A DNA stretch of 35,853 nt from an uncultured Rhodospirillaceae bacterium (GTDB lineage: Bacteria; Pseudomonadota; Alphaproteobacteria; UBA9219), in NCBI GenBank assembly GCA_964559415.1, contig CAZLIG010000002.1, positions 1 to 35,853 of the forward strand. Reading direction: 5' to 3'. Of this stretch, positions 1 through 7,890 are shown piece by piece (position 1 is the stretch's first letter; every line of letters starts with the position of its first letter). Under the pieces are notes generated by a model that did not search any database, was not told where the DNA came from, and saw only the letters and a program-made list of their open reading frames with translations. A program made the position numbers and the translations under genes.

Positions 1-619
1 GACGCACGCCATCGGCAGCACGCTGTCCGGCGAAATCCGCAACATCACGGAATTCGGCCTGTTCATCGGCCTCGATGGCGACATCGACGGCATGTTGCAT
101 ATGTCGGATCTGTCATGGAACGAAGCTGGCGAAGAAGCCATCAAGGCGTATACGAAGGGCCAGACCGTCGAAGTCAAGGTTCTCGACATCGACAGCGAGA
201 AGGAACGCATCAGCCTGGGCATCAAGCAGCTCACGCAGGATCCGTTCGAAAGCGTCCAGGTCAACTTCAAGAAGGGCGACATCGTCACCGGCACCGTCAG
301 CGCCGTTCAGGAGAATGGCATCGAAGTGACGCTCGGCGATGCGGCTGGTGGCTTCACCGGCTTTATCCGCCGTGGCGACTTGGCCCGCGACCGCTCCGAG
401 CAGCGCGCGGACCGCTTTGCAGTCGGCGAAAAGGTCGACGCGAAGATCACGAGCATCGAAAAGGGCAGCCGCCGCGTTGGCCTTTCGATCAAGGCTCGCG
501 AAGTCGAGGAAGAGAAGCAAGCCATGGCCGAGTACGGTTCGTCCGACTCAGGCGCAAGCTTGGGCGACATCCTCGGCGCCGCCATCAAGAAGGCTCAGAA
601 GAAGGAAGAAAAGGCCTAA
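1..619 (+). CDS. rpsA: 30S ribosomal protein S1, C-terminal part (5' end lies outside the window)
   Basis: The frame is open from the window edge to the stop at 617-619. It contains repeated S1 OB-fold motifs (ITEFGLFIGL, GMLHMSDLSW, ERISLGIKQL, GFIRRGDLARDR). ihfB follows, as in the classic rpsA-ihfB arrangement. Confidence 0.9.
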   Translation, partial: THAIGSTLSGEIRNITEFGLFIGLDGDIDGMLHMSDLSWNEAGEEAIKAYTKGQTVEVKVLDIDSEKERISLGIKQLTQDPFESVQVNFKKGDIVTGTVSAVQENGIEVTLGDAAGGFTGFIRRGDLARDRSEQRADRFAVGEKVDAKITSIEKGSRRVGLSIKAREVEEEKQAMAEYGSSDSGASLGDILGAAIKKAQKKEEKA

Positions 620-645
620 AGCCTCTTTCCCTTCGGATAAAAAAA

Positions 646-677
646 GCCGCCGGAACGAAAAGTTCCGGCGGTTTTTT
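646..677 (+). terminator. Rho-independent terminator after rpsA
   Basis: Perfect hairpin GCCGCCGGAAC-gaaaa-GTTCCGGCGG followed by a TTTTTT run, about 27 nt after the rpsA stop. Confidence 0.75.
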
Positions 678-750
678 ATGACAAATCGCTCACCACACCG
701 AACAGCTTCAAAACAGCTTTTTATAAGCCCCGCCCCTTCTCTCGCACCCC

Positions 751-790
751 CGTCATCTCCGCGAAGGCGGAGATCCCATTTGATTTTATG
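751..790 (+). repeat. Palindromic intergenic repeat, copy A
   Basis: CGTCATCTCCGCGAAGGCGGAGATCCCATTTGATTTT. The stem-loop plus GATCCCATTTG tail is shared with copies at about 15073 and 17720. Confidence 0.8.
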
Positions 791-1156
791 GATCAAAAAA
801 CCTCGGGATGCCGTGCCAAATCAGCGCGGTTTCATTTTTTTTCTCCGCCATATATCTTCTCCATCGGAGTCCAAAAATAAAAAAACGCCATCAAACACCT
901 GTTCTAGTTGCGACCGGGATAAGCCCTGCCCGTAACCCGTATAAATACTTAATAAATCAACTTGTTGCCTCCTCGCCCTCGAAAGCTTTCCGCTTATGCA
1001 ACGATCCTGAGGACTGGCCGATTTTTGGGTCGATAAAGAAAAGCCATAAGCGCCAATAGGTTATGCAAAGCAAGCCCTTGACTTAGATCACCGACTTTGG
1101 CACCTTTTGGATGCGACTCGCGTTTTCTCGTCCCGGTGTTGAAGGGGTTTTTCCAA

Positions 1157-1492
1157 ATGACAAAGTCCGATCTGATTTTGCAGTTAGCAGAAAAGTATCC
1201 GCATCTTCTTCAACGCGACATTGAGCGCATCGTTAATACGGTTTTTGATGAAATCTCCAATGCCTTAGCGCGAAACAGCCGGGTTGAACTGCGCGGTTTT
1301 GGAGCCTTTTCGGTGAAGCAGCGCGAAGCGCGTCAAGGCCGCAACCCGCGCACCGGCGAGACGGTTTCGGTGTCCGAGAAATTCGTGCCCTTCTTCAAGA
1401 CGGGCAAACAGCTCCGCGACCGCTTGAATGGCGACGAAGGAGACGGAGTCGACTTCCAACCAGAAGAAGCTAGCACCGGCACCGACGAATAA
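1157..1492 (+). CDS. ihfB: Integration host factor beta subunit, with an acidic C-terminal tail
   Basis: MTKSDLI...[31 protein letters not shown]...[12 protein letters not shown] is the IHF-beta/HU fold signature. Start reset to the ATG at 1157 (residue 21 of track ORF 1097..1492). It lies downstream of rpsA. Confidence 0.9.
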   Translation: MTKSDLILQLAEKYPHLLQRDIERIVNTVFDEISNALARNSRVELRGFGAFSVKQREARQGRNPRTGETVSVSEKFVPFFKTGKQLRDRLNGDEGDGVDFQPEEASTGTDE

Positions 1493-1636
1493 CAGCTTGA
1501 AACCATCAGCTAAGGCGTGTTGAATTTTTAACAAGCTTAAGGCGAAAATCGGTAACCAACGCAGCGCCGCGCCGAAAGCGCAAAAAAATGCGCGCAAACA
1601 GTCCGAATCGCTAAACTCATCCTGAAGGAGCACGCC

Positions 1637-2023
1637 ATGTCTCTGGTATCCTGCCGCGAATGCGGCCAGCAAGTCAGTGACAGAGCAAGAACATGCCCTC
1701 ACTGCGGCATAGACTCCCCGGCAGCCAAAGCATCCAAAACGCCCTCTCTACGAGCAACGGACAGCAAATCCCTCGTCGGGATGCTCGCGCTTCTGTTCAT
1801 CGCTGCGCTGGCGGGCAAGCTGCTGGGCGGCATCTTCTTTGTAGTTGGCGGAATTGCGCTGCTGGTTTTCAGCATCGGCATCTACTTCCTGCCGTCGTTC
1901 ATCGCCATCGACCGCGACCACCCAAACACCATCTCGATCATCGTCATAAACCTGCTCTTCGGCTGGACCCTGATCGGCTGGCTAATCTGCCTCGTCTGGG
2001 CATTTTCCAGCCCCCGCAGATAA
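1637..2023 (+). CDS. Zinc-ribbon / superinfection-immunity (Imm_superinfect) family small membrane protein
   Basis: N-terminal CxxC...CxxC zinc ribbon (CRECG...CPHCG), a TM segment, then YFLPSFIAIDRDHPNTISIIVINLLFGWTLIGWLICLVWA, typical of the T4 Imm-like family. AGGAG lies 7 nt upstream of the ATG. Confidence 0.7.
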   Translation: MSLVSCRECGQQVSDRARTCPHCGIDSPAAKASKTPSLRATDSKSLVGMLALLFIAALAGKLLGGIFFVVGGIALLVFSIGIYFLPSFIAIDRDHPNTISIIVINLLFGWTLIGWLICLVWAFSSPRR

Positions 2024-2055
2024 TCCGTATCCGCTTCTGGAACCCTGTCAACATT

Positions 2056-2101
2056 CGTCATTCCGGCGAAAGCCGGAATCCAGCGCCGCGCGTCCGCGCG
2101 G
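2056..2101 (+). repeat. Palindromic intergenic repeat, copy B, plus a GC hairpin between convergent genes
   Basis: CGTCATTCCGGCGAAAGCCGGAATCCAGCGCCGCG, followed by the hairpin GCCGCGCG-tc-CGCGCGGC. It lies between the 3' ends of 1637..2023(+) and 2146..2841(-). Confidence 0.7.
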
Positions 2102-2145
2102 CAAAAGACTCGAAACGGCAAATGATAAAAAACTCGGACGATAGG

Positions 2146-2841
2146 CTAATGAAGCTTTTCCTGCATAAACGTCTTAACTTGTTCTGGACGCAAACCCGTC
2201 CTTTGGCGCCGCCAGTATTCAAGGCACAGTACCGCCAGAAAAGCCAAGAACGCACCCGCCACGATGGAATTGCCCACATAAGGGCTGCGTAACTCATCGA
2301 AGCTCGGATAAATCAAAAAGCCACCGATCAAAACCCAGAACTTCTTGGAAAATGGGAGATCCCCAAGTTTGTTCTTGTTTGTCAAAAACGACGGCTTCAA
2401 AACCTCGGCCTTAGACCGTGGTCTCTGCTCGACAAAAGAGCAAAACTTCAGAAATTCTCTTACTGCTCTGTCCTTAATCACGCGCCTGACGACAACGATC
2501 AGAACCAAAAAGACCAACAACACCGCACGCAGTCCCAGTCCGAGCGACAAAGTGTGATGGGTTAGCCGCAAAAACCATTCTTGAAGCGCCTCGCTCCGAT
2601 AAAAGCTCTTGGGGAAAAATAAGGCAAACGCGAGCGGAACCGCAAAAACCAGATCGCTCTTCTCAATCCGCGCCTTAATCACGCAGATCAGGTCCGCAAC
2701 CTCCGGAGTCAACGAATAAGCCGTTGGCCTGCTATCCGGCCAAAACAGAATACGGCCGGTTCGCTCCACAAAAAATCCGTCCTCTTGCCTGCCTCCACGC
2801 TCGGTAGTGTACCAAAGGTATTGATCTTCCTGCTGAAACAT
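2146..2841 (-). CDS. Hypothetical 4-TM membrane protein (orphan) appended to the rlmH operon
   Basis: Track ORF 2146..2913 trimmed to the ATG at 2841 (MFQQEDQ...), so it begins 13 nt after the rlmH stop. About 70 aa of soluble N-terminus precede four hydrophobic segments. I recognise no family motif. Confidence 0.5.
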   Translation of the reverse strand: MFQQEDQYLWYTTERGGRQEDGFFVERTGRILFWPDSRPTAYSLTPEVADLICVIKARIEKSDLVFAVPLAFALFFPKSFYRSEALQEWFLRLTHHTLSLGLGLRAVLLVFLVLIVVVRRVIKDRAVREFLKFCSFVEQRPRSKAEVLKPSFLTNKNKLGDLPFSKKFWVLIGGFLIYPSFDELRSPYVGNSIVAGAFLAFLAVLCLEYWRRQRTGLRPEQVKTFMQEKLH

Positions 2842-2854
2842 TTCCACCCCAAGG

Positions 2855-3310
2855 TCAGTCCCTATGATACGGATGCCCCGCGAGTATCTGCCTCGCTCTA
2901 TAAATCTGCTCAAGCAGCATCACGCGCACCAATCTATGCGGCCACGTCAAGCGCCCGAATCCCAAAGTGAAATCGGCCCGCTTTCGAACGTCGTCGGTAA
3001 CCCCATCCGCCCCGCCAATGATAAACACGAGGTCCCCGACCCCGCGATCCTGCCACTCCGACACCTTCCCGGCAAGCTCGCGGCTCGTCATGTCTTTGCC
3101 GCGCTCGTCCAGCAGAACGACAAAACTTTTCACCGGAATGTTTTTAATAAGGAGCTGCGCCTCGGCCTTCTGAGCCTCCGCCGGAGGCAACGACTTCGAC
3201 ACGGCGAATTCCTTCACCGAGACCGAATCGCCCAGCCGTTTCTGATATTCCGCGCCCCACTCGGCCTCGACGCCGCGCGCCTTGCCGATGGCGAGGATGG
3301 TGATTTTCAT
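2855..3310 (-). CDS. rlmH: 23S rRNA (pseudouridine1915-N3)-methyltransferase RlmH
   Basis: SPOUT-family motifs (VVLLDERGK, LVFIIGGADG, LSFGRLTWPH-like 'GFGRLTWPHRLVRVMLLEQIYRA'). It sits in the conserved nadD-rsfS-rlmH order. Confidence 0.92.
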   Translation of the reverse strand: MKITILAIGKARGVEAEWGAEYQKRLGDSVSVKEFAVSKSLPPAEAQKAEAQLLIKNIPVKSFVVLLDERGKDMTSRELAGKVSEWQDRGVGDLVFIIGGADGVTDDVRKRADFTLGFGRLTWPHRLVRVMLLEQIYRARQILAGHPYHRD

Positions 3311-3789
3311 TTCCGCGAAGGCTTCTTGGCCCAGAGCGAATCAAGATCGTAGTACTTCCGCACCTCGGGCCTGAAAAGATGAACGATCACATCGCCCGCA
3401 TCGACGAGCACCCAGTTCCCCTCTTCCTTCCCCTCGACGGTCACACGGCGAACGCCAAGCTTATGGAAAGCCTCGGCCAAATGGTCCGCCAACGCCGCGA
3501 CCTGCCGGGATGCCTTGCCCGAGGCAATGATCATGTAATCCGCAATGCTGCTGCGCCCGGTAAGCTCGATGGCAACGATATCTTGAGCCTGGCGGTCATC
3601 GAGAACCTTAAGCGCCGCATCAAGCATCTGCTCAGGAATGCCATTCGCCTTGGGCTTAGAAACCGCAGCCTTCTTTTTGGGCGCGGGTTTCTTGAGAACC
3701 TTTTTCGGAGCCGCTTTTTTCGAAACCGGCTTTTTCGCGGCGGGCTTGGAAGCCTTCTTCGGTGCCGGTTTTTTCTTCAGGAGTGCCAC
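3307..3789 (-). CDS. rsfS: Ribosomal silencing factor RsfS with a ~50-aa Lys/Ala/Pro-rich N-terminal extension
   Basis: The core DIVAIELTGRSSIADYMIIASGKASRQVAALADHL...WVLVDAGDVIVHLF is the RsfS/iojap signature. It overlaps rlmH by 4 nt and nadD by 13 nt. Confidence 0.85.
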   Translation of the reverse strand: MALLKKKPAPKKASKPAAKKPVSKKAAPKKVLKKPAPKKKAAVSKPKANGIPEQMLDAALKVLDDRQAQDIVAIELTGRSSIADYMIIASGKASRQVAALADHLAEAFHKLGVRRVTVEGKEEGNWVLVDAGDVIVHLFRPEVRKYYDLDSLWAKKPSRK

Positions 3790-4403
3790 GAGGGGTTGTC
3801 CTTCCTAAGTCTTGTTGATGAAGTATAGTTGAGCTTATTGTCCAAAATCGTCCATATTGGCAAGGCATTCCCGTTATTTTCGCCCAATTTTCGGGCTTTT
3901 TCGGGCTGCACCCACGCCTCGTCATACTTTATCGCGGCTTTTCCAAGCCCCCGCCCCGCCGGATACCCCGGCCTGCGGAACACCGCCACCGGAACAAGGT
4001 TAAAAATCTCCCGCCACTTCTGCCAGCGCGGAATTTGCTTAAGATTATCCGCCCCCATAAGCCAAATAAACCGCACGTTTGGAAACCGCTTTTTCAAAAC
4101 ACGAAGCGTATCCGCCGTGTAGCGCGTCCCAAACTCGCGCTCGATGTCCGTCACGACAAACCGGGGATGCCGTGCAAGCCGCCGTGCGCTCTCAACCCTG
4201 TCTTTCAAGTCTGCCGTATCGACGGGCGTCTTAAGAGGGTTTTGAGGACTCACCAGCCACCACACCATATCGAGCTTCATCTGCTTGAGCGCGAACAGGC
4301 TCATCTCTAGATGCCCGTCATGCGCCGGGTTGAATGATCCTCCCAAAAGGCCGATCGTCATTCCCGAAAAGGCCTTCCCGCTTCTCTTGTGGGGCTTCAT
4401 CAT
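3777..4403 (-). CDS. nadD: Nicotinate-nucleotide adenylyltransferase
   Basis: GLLGGSFNPAHDGHL (the HxGH nucleotidyltransferase motif), then the ISSTxxR-like 'YTSSTRLR' near the C-terminus. The start overlaps the xerD stop (ATGA). Confidence 0.9.
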   Translation of the reverse strand: MMKPHKRSGKAFSGMTIGLLGGSFNPAHDGHLEMSLFALKQMKLDMVWWLVSPQNPLKTPVDTADLKDRVESARRLARHPRFVVTDIEREFGTRYTADTLRVLKKRFPNVRFIWLMGADNLKQIPRWQKWREIFNLVPVAVFRRPGYPAGRGLGKAAIKYDEAWVQPEKARKLGENNGNALPIWTILDNKLNYTSSTRLRKDNPSWHS

Positions 4404-5341
4404 CGAGACGCCCTTTTCGCAAGAGGATGATGCTCGGCCACCATCTTTGCGAGATGGTCGTTGGCCATGTGCGTATAAATCTGGGTCGTCGCGATGTCGG
4501 CATGACCCAACATGCTTTGCACGCTTCTCAAATCGGCGCCGTGCTCGATCAAATGCGTCGCAAACGCATGGCGCACGACGTGCGGGCTGAGGCGCTTCGG
4601 ATCAAGCCCGGCAAACACGGCCAATTGCTTAAGCAACTGAAACAGCCTCTGCCGCGTCATCGGCGCGATCTTCCCGCGCGCATGGGAGGGAAACAGATAA
4701 GGCGATGCCGCCTTCCCAAGCATCTTCTTCCGAACGCCAAGCCACTCCTGAAGCGCCTTGAGCGCCGGATCGCCGAGCGGCACAACGCGTTCCTTCCCGC
4801 CCTTGCCGCGCACCAAAACAACGCACCGGTCGAACTGAATGCCCGAAACCGGAAGCGTAACAAGCTCCGTCACGCGAAGCCCTGCGGCATAAAGAAGCTC
4901 AAGCATCGCGCGCAACCGCACGCCCTCGTCCTCGGGAAAATCCCCAATCGCTTTCAAAAGCCGCCGCACTTCCGGCTCCGTCAGGCATTTTGGCAAAGGC
5001 CTGCCAAGCTTAGGCGCATCGATGCTGCGCGTTGGATCTTCCTTGCGAATGTTTTCCGAGCAAAGAAACCGAAAGAACTGCCGAAACGCCGAAAGCCTCC
5101 GGGCCTGCGTGCGCGGCGAGCTTTTCGCAAGCGACCGCAGATACCCCCGCAAATCCTCCTCGTTCGCCTCGACAAGATCGACCTTCTTGCGCAAAAGATA
5201 ATTCGCCGCATCCCCGAGATCGCGCGCATAAGCCGCGCGCGTATTCGCCGACGCATTGCGCTCCGCAAGCATCATGTCGAGAAAGGCATTAATCATTCCG
5301 TGAAAGCGATATTCCGGAACTGGCTGAGAGGAAGCGGTCAT
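4400..5341 (-). CDS. xerD: Site-specific tyrosine recombinase XerD (XerC not excluded)
   Basis: N-terminal 'ERNASANTRAAYARDL' SAM-like domain. C-terminal R..HxxR..Y catalytic set (LRVTEL, HVVRHAFATHLIEHGADLRSVQSMLGHADIATTQIYTH). Confidence 0.8.
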   Translation of the reverse strand: MTASSQPVPEYRFHGMINAFLDMMLAERNASANTRAAYARDLGDAANYLLRKKVDLVEANEEDLRGYLRSLAKSSPRTQARRLSAFRQFFRFLCSENIRKEDPTRSIDAPKLGRPLPKCLTEPEVRRLLKAIGDFPEDEGVRLRAMLELLYAAGLRVTELVTLPVSGIQFDRCVVLVRGKGGKERVVPLGDPALKALQEWLGVRKKMLGKAASPYLFPSHARGKIAPMTRQRLFQLLKQLAVFAGLDPKRLSPHVVRHAFATHLIEHGADLRSVQSMLGHADIATTQIYTHMANDHLAKMVAEHHPLAKRASR

Positions 5342-5347
5342 TCGCGC

Positions 5348-7102
5348 CTATTTTTCCCGGGCCAGCATGGCAACCGTCTGACGCGCATACGTGGAAGCTT
5401 CTTTATCGAGACCGACCTCACGCAACGAGGAAATAATCCCCAGCGCCTCCGTCAAGGACGGCTCCCCACTCCCGGCCACAATAGCGGCCATCAAAACCGT
5501 TTCCGCACGCTTCCCATTAGCAGCAGCCGCAAGCATCCGCTCAAAAAGCAGGGGCGAGATGGACATCTTTTTCTCGCTCGGCCCCATAAGAACCTTGTCC
5601 CAAGCCGAGTCGGGAACCTTCAACCCCGCCGCATCGAACACCAAAAGCGTTGGCGCAATGACATCGCGCAAGGTCCCCTCGTCGGCAGTTTTCAGAGCCG
5701 CATTGAACCACTTGGCAAACGCCCCGGCGTACTCTTTCTCAGGCTCCAGCCCCGCAAGCACAAACTGCGGCCATAGCGCCTGCATCTCGGCCTCCCCCAG
5801 CGGGCTGCTCGCCTTCGCCAGATCGAACCACTCCATCGCGTCCGAATTGTCGGCAAGCATATAAATGCGCGCAAGCGCGGCGGCATTCTTGGCAAAGGCC
5901 GAACTGACTTCCATCTCGCCGAGCATAAACGGAACCACGCCCCCCGCCCCATTGAGGAACGAAGGCGGCGCGGACTGAACGAACTTCAAGGCCAACGCAA
6001 CCTTGGCCGCCGGATCGGTTTGCGCGTCCGCCGCCTTGAAAAGCAGAGCCCTTAAGCGCTCGCCCGACTCATTGGACCCCAAAGCGGAAGCCATCGCTTC
6101 AGCCGAAAAGGTCGATGCCCGATAAACCTCGGCCAACTCCGCCGCCGACAGAAGCCCGCGCTCCGCCGCCCCTTCGGCAACGACAAGCCGTGTCGCGTCT
6201 TTTTGCGCAGGAATGCGCAACAAAGCTCTCGTGCTTGCATCGTTGCGTGCAAAAACCGCATCGGGTACAGGCAGCTTGGCGAGTTGCAAAAGCCCCAGCG
6301 ACTCAAGCGAAAGCGGAGAAAGCGGCGAAGGCAACGTCTTGCTACCGCCCAAGATATTCCTGTCGGCGATGTGCACGAAAACGTTATCGTGATTGTCCTC
6401 GCTGCGAACGATATCGAGCGCAACCTGCGCGGCTTTGTGATCGTTGGCGCGCAACCGGCAAACAATCGAGAAATCCTCCCAATCCCCCCCGGGATGGTTT
6501 TTCGGATACTCGGAAATCTGGCTGCAAATGCCCTCGTCGCCGTTGAGATAAGCCTTAGCCGCCGCAATCTGAAAAGCCCCTCCGCCCACAAATTTCGACT
6601 CAACCTGACGCGCCAATTGCCAGGCCGCGTTCGCATCTCCGAACAGAGCAATCTTTTCGATCCGCTCCGACGTAAGTTTCGAGGACGAATCGCCCTCCGG
6701 CGGAACAGCCCCTGTTTTCAACAACCTCAGCACAAGCGAGTTGAGCGCGGCGGACCCCGAAGGCGAAGCCATCGACAGCAGCCGCTCGGCCACCGTCCGG
6801 CTGGTGCCCTTCCACATATCAGCGCCAAGGTCTTCGACATCTTTGTCTTTAAGCCCGATGGTCTCAGGGCTGATTCGGGGAAGCGACGCGCTCGAAACCG
6901 GATCGATGACGACCGGAGGGAGTTTAGCGGCCTGAGTATGCACGTGAGGGCGCTGAACGGCTTCTGCCCTTCGCGTTGCAGGGGCGGGCACGAAATACGC
7001 GCCACGCAGATTTGATTCGGTCGTTGTTTGCGCAAAAGCCTGTGAAACCGATCCCGCAAGAATCAGTGACGAATAAATTATCCTAGCGAGGAAGCCTTTC
7101 AT
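5348..7102 (-). CDS. Secreted or periplasmic alpha-helical protein of unknown function
   Basis: Trimmed to the ATG at 7102, giving the signal peptide MKGFLARIIYSSLILAGSVSQAFA|Q. The protein is long, Ala/Leu-rich and helical. The stop lies 6 nt before the xerD start. Confidence 0.6.
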   Translation of the reverse strand: MKGFLARIIYSSLILAGSVSQAFAQTTTESNLRGAYFVPAPATRRAEAVQRPHVHTQAAKLPPVVIDPVSSASLPRISPETIGLKDKDVEDLGADMWKGTSRTVAERLLSMASPSGSAALNSLVLRLLKTGAVPPEGDSSSKLTSERIEKIALFGDANAAWQLARQVESKFVGGGAFQIAAAKAYLNGDEGICSQISEYPKNHPGGDWEDFSIVCRLRANDHKAAQVALDIVRSEDNHDNVFVHIADRNILGGSKTLPSPLSPLSLESLGLLQLAKLPVPDAVFARNDASTRALLRIPAQKDATRLVVAEGAAERGLLSAAELAEVYRASTFSAEAMASALGSNESGERLRALLFKAADAQTDPAAKVALALKFVQSAPPSFLNGAGGVVPFMLGEMEVSSAFAKNAAALARIYMLADNSDAMEWFDLAKASSPLGEAEMQALWPQFVLAGLEPEKEYAGAFAKWFNAALKTADEGTLRDVIAPTLLVFDAAGLKVPDSAWDKVLMGPSEKKMSISPLLFERMLAAAANGKRAETVLMAAIVAGSGEPSLTEALGIISSLREVGLDKEASTYARQTVAMLAREK

Positions 7103-7293
7103 CAGGCACAACCAATTCCATTTTTTGCGTCGGCGGCATGATTTGGGCGTTCGAAAGCCACAAAGCGCCACCGGCTATAACTAATAGCAAACAACCCGCG
7201 ACTACGGCAACAATGGATTGCGATTTCACTATTCGACTCCCGGTTTTTTCTTGATATGTTCGATGAATGAGGATTTTCGCATCGAATTATGGC

Positions 7294-7824
7294 ATGAGCG
7301 CGTCAAAGTTGGAAAAATTTTCTGTAAAAAAACCGATTGTTCTTCTGGGCATGATGGGGGCCGGGAAAACAAGCGTGGGAAAAACCTTGGCCGATCTGGT
7401 TTCCATCCCATTCTACGATTCGGATGCCGAGATCGAATCGGCGACAGGTCTTGGCATCCCTCAAATCTTCGCGGAGCGCGGAGAACCCGCCTTTCGCAGC
7501 CTCGAGCGAGAAACGGTCATGCGCCTCCTTAATGAGTGCACTTGTGTGCTTTCCCTCGGCGGCGGTGCGTTCATCAACGCGGAAACCCGTGCGGAGATAA
7601 AGAAAAAAGCAGTCTCTGTCTGGCTCAAAGTGGACCGCAGCGTATTGCTACGCCGCGTAAGCCATCAAGGAAACCGCCCTCTCCTTCAAGGTAACGCAAA
7701 GGAAAATCTGGAGCGCCTCCTGTCGGAACGCGAGCCGATCTACGCGCAAGCCGATGTAACGGTCGTTTGCGACGACTCCCCCATCCTCGAAAACGCCCGC
7801 CGCATCCTGGCCGCCCTTTCTTAA
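7294..7824 (+). CDS. aroK: Shikimate kinase
   Basis: Walker A GMMGAGKTSVGK, then DSDAEIE and FRSLE motifs. Start reset to the ATG at 7294. Confidence 0.9.
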   Translation: MSASKLEKFSVKKPIVLLGMMGAGKTSVGKTLADLVSIPFYDSDAEIESATGLGIPQIFAERGEPAFRSLERETVMRLLNECTCVLSLGGGAFINAETRAEIKKKAVSVWLKVDRSVLLRRVSHQGNRPLLQGNAKENLERLLSEREPIYAQADVTVVCDDSPILENARRILAALS

Positions 7825-7890
7825 GCCCGCTGTGCAAAAAATGTTTTCCATGCTAAAATAGCTCATTATTTACTTCATTATGAGGACTGC

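Noticed and set aside
808-1059. An 83-aa ORF in the rpsA-ihfB spacer.
   Set aside because: It has no RBS, an odd composition and weak codon bias. It is more likely non-coding.
1420-1492. The acidic C-terminal tail on IHF-beta ([20 protein letters not shown]).
   Set aside because: It is real in the sequence, but short lineage-specific tails on HU/IHF proteins are common. It is not distinctive enough to pursue.
4400-5341. The tyrosine recombinase as the integrase of a mobile element.
   Set aside because: Its motifs and context (next to nadD-rsfS-rlmH and aroK) fit housekeeping XerD. I saw no att-like direct repeats, tRNA or phage genes nearby.
4334-5776. A 480-aa ORF on the + strand overlapping xerD and the neighbouring secreted-protein gene.
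   Set aside because: It is extremely Arg/Pro/Lys-rich and is antisense to two well-supported genes. This is a typical shadow ORF of GC-rich DNA.
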